Position numbers and translations under genes: made by a program | Part shown: one piece after another, positions 18,116 to 24,725 of the stretch | Layout of the letters: each line of letters starts with the position of its first letter | How positions within the stretch are numbered: position 1 is the first letter of the stretch | The notes under the pieces: generated by a model | Database searches by the model: none | Seen by the model: only the letters and a program-made list of their open reading frames with translations | Told to the model about the DNA's origin: nothing | Assembly (NCBI GenBank): GCA_003218615.1 | Contig: QHOD01000001.1 | Coordinates: 1 to 26,639, forward strand | Length of the DNA: 26,639 nucleotides | Reading direction: 5' to 3' | DNA from: Verrucomicrobiota bacterium | GTDB lineage: Bacteria; Verrucomicrobiota; Verrucomicrobiia; Chthoniobacterales; UBA10450

Positions 18116-18661
18116 ATGAAGATAAACATCACCAAAATTGGCGTGGCTTTGCTCGCCGTTGGAATTTGTATCTGGTCGACAGAGGTGCGCGCGCAGGCGA
18201 CCACGACCGTGACCACGACGAAGGGCGCATTCACAGAGTATGTTCCCGGCTCGGAAACGATGGTTGTGAGAACTGAAACGAGTTCGGCCCCGTTGCGTTA
18301 CGTGGTAAGCAAACAGACGACGATTGTTGATGAATCCGGTGCGCCGGTCGCGATCGAGCGCATTTCACCGGGTAGTCCGCTCTCGATCCAGTATACAGGT
18401 ACCGGCGAACATCTCGTAGCGTCACGCATCGTTGTGCAAAGGCCGGCCGCAGTAACCACCGAACCCGTGACAACCGCGCCCGTAGCGGCCCAGCAGGACA
18501 CGACCACGTCCACGACCACGACACGCGCTCTGAGCCATGAGGAAAAACATGCTCTAAAAGAGCAACGAGAGCATCGTAAGAAGGCAACGAAGGAAGAGAT
18601 CGAAAAGCAGAAGGATGCCTTGGACAAGGCCAAGGATAAAATCGACGACGGCAACGATTGA
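18116..18661 (+). CDS. Secreted hypothetical protein (beta-rich domain, Thr-rich linker, charged helical tail)
   Basis: Signal peptide MKINITKIGVALLAVGICIWSTEVRA from ATG at 18116; the 17990 start overlaps the desaturase. Confidence 0.8.
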   Translation: MKINITKIGVALLAVGICIWSTEVRAQATTTVTTTKGAFTEYVPGSETMVVRTETSSAPLRYVVSKQTTIVDESGAPVAIERISPGSPLSIQYTGTGEHLVASRIVVQRPAAVTTEPVTTAPVAAQQDTTTSTTTTRALSHEEKHALKEQREHRKKATKEEIEKQKDALDKAKDKIDDGND

Positions 18662-18723
18662 ACGAAGTTCGTTCGCTGTTCAGAGTGCTGGCAGATTCTC
18701 GGGAGAGCTGACAGCTTAAGCAG

Positions 18724-19413
18724 GTGACGCCGCCTTCTGCCAGCGCCCTCCTCGAGGCCAAAGCTCTGACCCGCGAGTTCGACGAAGGGCACGTCAAGGC
18801 CCTGCGCGGAGTCGATTTTTCCATCAAGGAGGGCGACTTCGTTGCCATTGTTGGACCGAGCGGATGCGGTAAATCGACCTTGCTGCAATTACTAGGTGCG
18901 TTGGATCGACCGACATCCGGAACCCTTTTCTACCGCGGAATATCGCTGCCGGATCATCCCAATCCCGCAGCATACCGTGCTCGCGAGGTCGGGTTTATTT
19001 TCCAGGCGTTTCACCTCCTGCCGACTTTCACCGCGGCCGAGAACGTGCAAATCCCAATGTTCGAGACGGATCGCTCGGCTTCTGAGCGACGCGAGCGCGC
19101 CTTCGAATTGCTAAAACTGGTTGGCCTGGAACATCGCCTCGATCATTTTCCATCCAAACTTTCCGGTGGCGAGCGACAGCGTGTCGCCATCGCGCGCAGT
19201 CTTGCTAATGAGCCGTCGCTGCTACTCGCGGATGAACCGACCGGTAATCTTGACAGTGAAAACGCTCATTCGGTTTTCGACCTCATTATTAGTCTGCAAC
19301 AAGAGCAGGGTCGCACCATGGTGCTTGTCACTCACGATCCAACTATTGCCGGGCGAGCGGGAAGGACCCTTCGCATGATGGACGGTCGAATCGTCTCGGA
19401 CGATAAACGATGA
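18724..19413 (+). CDS. ABC transporter ATP-binding protein (LolD/MacB-like)
   Basis: Walker [10 protein letters not shown], signature [13 protein letters not shown], Walker [17 protein letters not shown]. Confidence 0.95.
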   Translation: MTPPSASALLEAKALTREFDEGHVKALRGVDFSIKEGDFVAIVGPSGCGKSTLLQLLGALDRPTSGTLFYRGISLPDHPNPAAYRAREVGFIFQAFHLLPTFTAAENVQIPMFETDRSASERRERAFELLKLVGLEHRLDHFPSKLSGGERQRVAIARSLANEPSLLLADEPTGNLDSENAHSVFDLIISLQQEQGRTMVLVTHDPTIAGRAGRTLRMMDGRIVSDDKR

Positions 19414-20528
19414 CCTTTTTTACTGTTGTCATCCGCGGTCTCTGGCGTCGGCCCTTGCGGACGGGATTGACTCTCGCGGGAATTTCCATCGGCATTGCTG
19501 CCGTCGTGGCGTTGGTCGGGATGTCTCGAGGTTTTGAGAAAGGCTGGCAGGTTGGATTGAAGGCGCGCGGAACCGATATCGTCGTCTCTAACAGAGGGGG
19601 ATCGCTCACGCCGAAGCCGTTCGACGCCTCCGTCCGCGATCGGATCGCCGGCCTTCCGCACATCGCCGCGACCTGCAACCTTCTCGTGGAGGTGACCAGT
19701 GTTGAAGAGTCTGATCTGATGATTCTCTCCGCTCGCGAGTGGGGAGGATTTGCATGGAACAATCTGGAACTCGTCTCCGGGCGTATGCCGCGCGATGCCA
19801 CGGAAGAGGCAGCGGTTTTGGGTCAGACTGCGGCAGAAGTGCTCAAGAAAAAAATTGGCGACCCGATTCAGATTGAAACGAAGAAACTAACCGTCGTCGG
19901 AATCGTGAAGGGGGGCGCTCTCGTCGAAGACGGTTCGGTCATTCTTTCTTTACCGCTCTTACAAGGAATCATCGGCGCTCCCAACCAGATCAACGCAATC
20001 GATATTGGAGTGACGCCTTCGACTACCGAGCAACAAATCAAGGAACTTACTCGACAGATCGAACAACTGGTCCCGGAAGTTCGCGCCGTGACCGTGAGCG
20101 AACACCTCAGCCACAATGAGGGATTTCGGCTCGTTAAGGCCATGAGTTGGGGCACGTCTCTCCTCGCCATCCTTGTGGGTGTGCTTGGTGTGATGAACAC
20201 CATGCTCATGACCGTTTTCGAGCGTACCCATGAAATCTGTGTGCTGCTCGCCGTTGGTTGGACGCGCGGGCGAATCATGAGAATGATTCTTTACGAATCC
20301 GCGCTGCTTGGACTTTTCGGCGGTGTTATTGGCGTAGCTATTGGTGCCATCGGAGTCCAGGTGCTGAGCGCAACGCCGGCGATTAAAGGGTTATTGCAGC
20401 CTGACCTCAGCATTGCGCTCCTTGGCCTTTCTGTCGTCATCGCCATTGCGGTCGGAATTATCAGCGGTCTCTATCCCGCGTGGAGGAGTTCGCGGCTAAA
20501 TCCAAGCCAGGCTTTGCAAGCCGGATGA
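19410..20528 (+). CDS. ABC transporter permease (FtsX/MacB/LolE-like)
   Basis: RRPLRTGLTLAGISIGIAAVV, periplasmic domain, GVMNTMLMTVFERTHEI..L.A.GW, GLYPAWR...L.P..AL. ATGA overlap with the ATPase. Confidence 0.93.
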   Translation: MTFFTVVIRGLWRRPLRTGLTLAGISIGIAAVVALVGMSRGFEKGWQVGLKARGTDIVVSNRGGSLTPKPFDASVRDRIAGLPHIAATCNLLVEVTSVEESDLMILSAREWGGFAWNNLELVSGRMPRDATEEAAVLGQTAAEVLKKKIGDPIQIETKKLTVVGIVKGGALVEDGSVILSLPLLQGIIGAPNQINAIDIGVTPSTTEQQIKELTRQIEQLVPEVRAVTVSEHLSHNEGFRLVKAMSWGTSLLAILVGVLGVMNTMLMTVFERTHEICVLLAVGWTRGRIMRMILYESALLGLFGGVIGVAIGAIGVQVLSATPAIKGLLQPDLSIALLGLSVVIAIAVGIISGLYPAWRSSRLNPSQALQAG

Positions 20529-21361
20529 GAACCGCGCAAACCAATCGCTCAATGCGAATCCATCCTGGGAAGATATCTTTAGCCGTGAAACCTTTCTTAC
20601 CTCTCGCCATCGCCGCTGCGGCATTCTGCCTTATCTCCATTCGGGGCGCTGAACCCGCACCGCCCGCAATGTCGGCCGCAGAACTTGCTGATCAGCTGGA
20701 CGTTGTCAGCCAAGGGAGCGCCTTAATCCGCACCAAGCTTGAGGTCCGATCGCTCGCGGGCGCCAAGCGCGTCCTGCAACTTCAGATCAAGCAACGCCGG
20801 ACGAAGACGACAAGCGATCTTGCTTATCAAGTGCTTTGGCCCGATGAGCATAAGGGCGAAGCCGTTATCTTGCACCAAGCCCATGGTGTGGCGAAAGGCT
20901 CAATCATCGTTCCGCAGCAGCCAGTTCGCGCGATCAAGGCCTCGCAAATGAACGAGGGATTGTTCGACAGTGATCTCTCCTATCAGGACGCGGTGGAGAA
21001 TTTCTTTGCCTGGAAAAAGCAGGCCCTCGTCGGTTCGGAGACAATCAACGGAGTGAATTGCCAGATTCTCGAATCCAAGCCGGACAGCTCCTCCGTTTCC
21101 ATCTATGCCAAAGTGCGCAGCTGGATTGATCCTCAGCGTTTCGTGCCGATGCGGATCGAGAAATATTCATCCTCAGGCGAACTCGTCCGCCGCATTGATG
21201 TCACTCGAGTCGCGCGTGATGAAAAGCACCATCCGATTCCAGCCAGTCTCACCGTGCATGGGCCGCGGAAAAACAGTGTGACGGAATTCAATGGCGCGCG
21301 CATCGACCAGGACGTGCAGTTCACCGACGCCGATTTCACAGCTGCGGGCGTTTTGAAGTAG
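20525..21361 (+). CDS. Outer-membrane lipoprotein-sorting (LolA-like) periplasmic protein
   Basis: Signal-like segment PFLPLAIAAAAFCLISIRG, then LFDSDLSYQD, ETINGVNCQILESKP, YAKVRSWID and PMRIEKY, typical of the LolA_like family. ATGA overlap with the permease; exact start uncertain. Confidence 0.8.
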   Translation: MRTAQTNRSMRIHPGKISLAVKPFLPLAIAAAAFCLISIRGAEPAPPAMSAAELADQLDVVSQGSALIRTKLEVRSLAGAKRVLQLQIKQRRTKTTSDLAYQVLWPDEHKGEAVILHQAHGVAKGSIIVPQQPVRAIKASQMNEGLFDSDLSYQDAVENFFAWKKQALVGSETINGVNCQILESKPDSSSVSIYAKVRSWIDPQRFVPMRIEKYSSSGELVRRIDVTRVARDEKHHPIPASLTVHGPRKNSVTEFNGARIDQDVQFTDADFTAAGVLK

Positions 21362-21369
21362 CCGCACGG

Positions 21370-22659
21370 TTACCTGTTCACAGCGCTCTCAACCAGCCGG
21401 CCCGCATTGAGCAGGTCCGCCTCGGCGAGTCGCGGGCCGATCAATTGCAGGCTCGTAAAGGAAACCTTCGCGCCGGACAGGGGCACGGGGACCGCCAGCG
21501 CCGGGTTGCCCGCAAAATTGACCGCCACCGTGTTTTGCACCCGAAGCACGTACGCGTCAAGGATCCCTATTCTCAAATTGAGCAGCGGAAGTCCCGGTGG
21601 TGTTTTTTGAAGGGTTGGCAAAGCGATGAGGTCCACCTTCTCGAAAACATTGCGCAGCGTCTGCTGCCACGCGCTCCGCCTGGCCAAGGCGCTGCGGTAA
21701 CCCGTAGTGTAGTTTATCTGGCCCAGTCGAATTACAGCCTTGGTTCGAGCCGACACGCCTAGTGCGAATTGCAATCGTTCGTCACTAATCCATGTACCCG
21801 CTGAAGCAACGGTAGTGCCGTCCTTCTTCGCTTGCTCAAATTTGTCGCTCAGGCTCTCGTCCAACTCGACGACTTGGAATCCTGCTTTGGCAAGCGCATC
21901 GTCAATCGCCTGATCGATTTTTGGATCAGTACCCTTCAGCTTGAGGCGTCCGACCCGGATGCTTCGCCCAGTTGGCTTTGCCGCCTTGGCCGCCGCATAC
22001 TTGGCTGCAAAACCATCTTGAAGAAGCTCCATCCCTTGAACGGTGTGAGCGATGTCTTTCCCCATCGGGCCCACGGTGTCGAGATGCTTAGGCTCAACCG
22101 GATAAACACCTTCGATCGGAATCAAGCCGTACGTCGTCTTCAAGCCGACGACACCACAACAAGCGGCAGGCACACGAATTGAGCCGGCCGTGTCCGTCCC
22201 AAACGCCACGTCCGCCATTCCGCTCGCCAATGCGACCGCGTTTCCAGACGAGGATCCGCCCGGAATCAGATTTCGCTTCAACGGATTCACGGGCGTCCCG
22301 AAATATTCATTCAAGCCGGACGGTGAGATCGCGAATTCGGTCATGTTTGTTTTGCCGACTATCTGCAAGTTACGCTGCCGCGCGATCGCCAGACACGGGG
22401 CATCCTTTTCCGCGGGCTTGTGGGTTTCGGAAAAGATCCCCGAACCGGCGGTCGTAACTACGCCCTTCATATCAATGTTATCCTTAATCGCGAGCCGCAG
22501 TTCTTTGCGATTCGGATCCGGCGGCCAGTAGTCGATGAAGGCGCGGTTGCCGGGTAGATTCTTGTTGAAGGGCGGCAAAATTGAGCATCCGCCGCATAGG
22601 ACGAGCGACGCCAGCACAATCGGCAACCATTTAAAGCCAATGCGGCCGCATTGTTTCAT
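21370..22659 (-). CDS. Amidase-signature family amidase, predicted lipoprotein
   Basis: AIKDNI (Lys), VGKTNMTEFA, PGGSSSG and GTDTAGSIRVPAACCGVVGLKTT (Ser-cisSer). From ATG at 22659 the N-terminus MKQCGRIGFKWLPIVLASLVLCGGC ends in a lipobox-like Cys. Confidence 0.9.
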   Translation of the reverse strand: MKQCGRIGFKWLPIVLASLVLCGGCSILPPFNKNLPGNRAFIDYWPPDPNRKELRLAIKDNIDMKGVVTTAGSGIFSETHKPAEKDAPCLAIARQRNLQIVGKTNMTEFAISPSGLNEYFGTPVNPLKRNLIPGGSSSGNAVALASGMADVAFGTDTAGSIRVPAACCGVVGLKTTYGLIPIEGVYPVEPKHLDTVGPMGKDIAHTVQGMELLQDGFAAKYAAAKAAKPTGRSIRVGRLKLKGTDPKIDQAIDDALAKAGFQVVELDESLSDKFEQAKKDGTTVASAGTWISDERLQFALGVSARTKAVIRLGQINYTTGYRSALARRSAWQQTLRNVFEKVDLIALPTLQKTPPGLPLLNLRIGILDAYVLRVQNTVAVNFAGNPALAVPVPLSGAKVSFTSLQLIGPRLAEADLLNAGRLVESAVNR

Positions 22660-22828
22660 GCGCGCAACGCTGGATGTCTGCGCGCTTTTTGCAACCGCGA
22701 TTGCCAAAAAAGCATGCTCCCGGGGCGGGGTGGACAGTCGCTGAGCGCAATGAGGTTGCCCGGCGCGGATCCTTAACAAGTGAGGCGTTCGCCAAAATGG
22801 GACGACAGGCGAGATCTTTGACGCAGCG

Positions 22829-23704
22829 TTATCTTTTATAAGCGGACGCGGTTCTGACGGGATCATATGGCACCCGGCCATTTCGTGTGGGCGCATAGAC
22901 AAAGCCGTAACGGTCCCTTTTTACATCCACCGGCTCAAGAAGTAAGCCTTTGTTACCCGCCTTCTCAGTGTATTCGATCAGTACTCTGGCCGTTCCATTG
23001 AAGCCCCACATTTTAAATCCCGTCCCGAAAAGTCCGCCGTTGGGGTAAAGCTCGTCCAAACCGGCCATGGCATGAAAACAACTGATAGCGACTTTGTCAT
23101 TTCGATAAAGACGATCATCGGCGCGATACTTAATGGTTCCTCCGTCGAGCAGGCGTTTGCGTTCCACTCCGAGATCAAACCCAATTTTGTTGATCTCATA
23201 AGGTCCCCACATGGCCACCGCATTCTTTTCATCCACGGCAAGCTTGATCGTTTCTGCGAGCGTAAAGTTTCGGCCGGTCGATACGGGACAGTTATTCCGC
23301 TCTGGAATAATGCGGCTGCCCACGCCGTCAAAGACGCACAGATGGGGATTGCTCAGGAAATCGTGAGGCAGCCAGCTAATGTTAAACGCTTCAAATTCCC
23401 GATTCCTATATCTTCGTAGTTTGAGACCCGGCGTCAGCTTGGGCTGCTTATGATCGGCAAAAACTCGAATGACAGAGACAAACGAGTGCGAAAATTCCGG
23501 GTGGTTCCCGCGATCTTGGTAAGCAAAAGGAATGATGAAATACCGCTCGCGCGTGTTACTGCCCTCACCAAGGCGGGCCGAGACTTTGGCTTTGATACGA
23601 TCTACGATCTGCGTGTAGAGGGGCACATCATAGTTCGAAAAATCCACATCTGCCTGCGCGACGATGGGCAAAGTAAAAAGTAAGATGAAGGTTCTGAAAA
23701 ACAT
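22829..23704 (-). CDS. Secreted hypothetical protein
   Basis: 291-aa ORF with signal peptide MFFRTFILLFTLPIVAQA and protein-like composition. No family recognised with certainty. Confidence 0.8.
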   Translation of the reverse strand: MFFRTFILLFTLPIVAQADVDFSNYDVPLYTQIVDRIKAKVSARLGEGSNTRERYFIIPFAYQDRGNHPEFSHSFVSVIRVFADHKQPKLTPGLKLRRYRNREFEAFNISWLPHDFLSNPHLCVFDGVGSRIIPERNNCPVSTGRNFTLAETIKLAVDEKNAVAMWGPYEINKIGFDLGVERKRLLDGGTIKYRADDRLYRNDKVAISCFHAMAGLDELYPNGGLFGTGFKMWGFNGTARVLIEYTEKAGNKGLLLEPVDVKRDRYGFVYAPTRNGRVPYDPVRTASAYKR

Positions 23705-24010
23705 ATCGACAAATTACAACGAAACGACTCCGATTGGAAGTCCCGTAGCGGGATGGCTGCGCCCCTGATGATACAACTCCGAGCGAAGCGCAACCACTGG
23801 ATCGACATTTAGTCCGTGATACCTCTACAGGAAGTCTCCCGGTAGAGGCATTCGCCAACCCGAATGAAACCTGTTTCTTTTTTCTTTTTGACCTCATAAT
23901 AATCTCTCGCGATCTTTTGCGATCTCTCGAAACGGCTATCGCCGGTGAAAAGACGGGTGGAAGCAGAAATCGTAAATTATTTTCTCCAGTGCGTTTTCAG
24001 AGGTAAACGA

Positions 24011-24085
24011 TCCAGCGTAGCTCAGTGGTAGAGCGGTCGGCTGTTAACCGATTGGTCGTAGGTTCGAATCCTACCGCTGGAGCCA
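24011..24085 (+). tRNA. tRNA-Asn (anticodon GTT)
   Basis: TCCAGCG/CGCTGGA acceptor stem, AGCTCAGTGGTAGAGC D-arm, GTCGG-CTGTTAA-CCGAT anticodon arm, GGTTCGAATCC T-loop, encoded CCA. Confidence 0.97.
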
Positions 24086-24144
24086 TTTTAACCGACCGAG
24101 TCTATATCCTAAAAACAAGTCGCCGCTTCCAGGTCGGCTAAGCG

Positions 24145-24167
24145 AATGACTCGCAAACCGAGTCGTT
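24145..24167 (+). terminator. Stem-loop downstream of tRNA-Asn, possible terminator
   Basis: AATGACTCG-CAAAC-CGAGTCGTT, 9-bp stem with one G-U pair; U-tract is weak. Confidence 0.3.
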
Positions 24168-24303
24168 AATCACAATCGAACTGACAAAATTAAGCCGTCC
24201 AACACACGCGCAAGAAAACGGTCCGTGAGCAACTGAGCTCACACTCGGCAACCGACAATCGGATAAACGCACGCGAGGTGCCAGCAACGATACTTTTAAT
24301 ACC

Positions 24304-24489
24304 ATGAAAGTGTTCTTTTCAATCATGCTCGCCTTCGCCATTTCCGCTATCAGCGTTCAGGCTGGGCCTGTCCGCACGGCGAGGAACGTGGCGAAGAGCA
24401 CTGCAAACACAGCCAAGAATGTCGCGCACAGCGCTGTCAAGGGCACAAGAAGAGCCGTGCACACTGTAGTCGACACGCTCAGTCCCTAG
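24304..24489 (+). CDS. Small secreted protein (61 aa)
   Basis: Signal peptide MKVFFSIMLAFAISAISVQA followed by a basic, Ala/Thr-rich amphipathic segment; occupies an otherwise empty intergenic space. Confidence 0.7.
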   Translation: MKVFFSIMLAFAISAISVQAGPVRTARNVAKSTANTAKNVAHSAVKGTRRAVHTVVDTLSP

Positions 24490-24670
24490 TCCGAGGCACC
24501 TTAGGACTATTGTAGAGAGCGTTAATGGCAGGGGGCGCAGATTTTGCGCACCGACACTCCACGTACATCGCAATCCGATCCTGCCCCTTGGAGTTCGAAC
24601 TTCTGTGGATGAATTCGTCGTTTCTTACGACTGTTGCTAAACGCATGAGCGATTAGAGGGCACAGTTTTC

Positions 24671-24697
24671 GAACTTAAATTGTTGTAACCCTTCGGA
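24671..24697 (+). promoter_or_regulatory. Candidate ECF (sigmaE-like) promoter for the downstream membrane protein
   Basis: GAACTT-N16-TCGGA, matching the GAACTT-N16-TCnnA sigmaE pattern, 28 nt before the ATG at 24726. Confidence 0.35.
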
Positions 24698-24725
24698 TCG
24701 AACTTCTGTCTTTTCATATTAACCA

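Larger units (their letters stand above)
4198..24048. mobile_element. Putative genomic island integrated at tRNA-Asn (no integrase seen)
   Basis: Bounded by the tRNA-Asn 5'-half direct repeat ending at the anticodon loop. Has accessory cargo and gene debris at the left end. No recombinase gene recognised, so island status is inferred. Confidence 0.5.

Noticed and set aside
21370-22902. Amidase as GatA, and the 510-aa long form
   Set aside because: No gatB/gatC neighbours; the long start overlaps the upstream gene and hides a lipoprotein signal at 22659.
4236-24010. Integrase, transposase or phage genes within the putative island
   Set aside because: No ORF with tyrosine or serine recombinase, DDE or phage motifs was recognised, so the element cannot be called autonomous.
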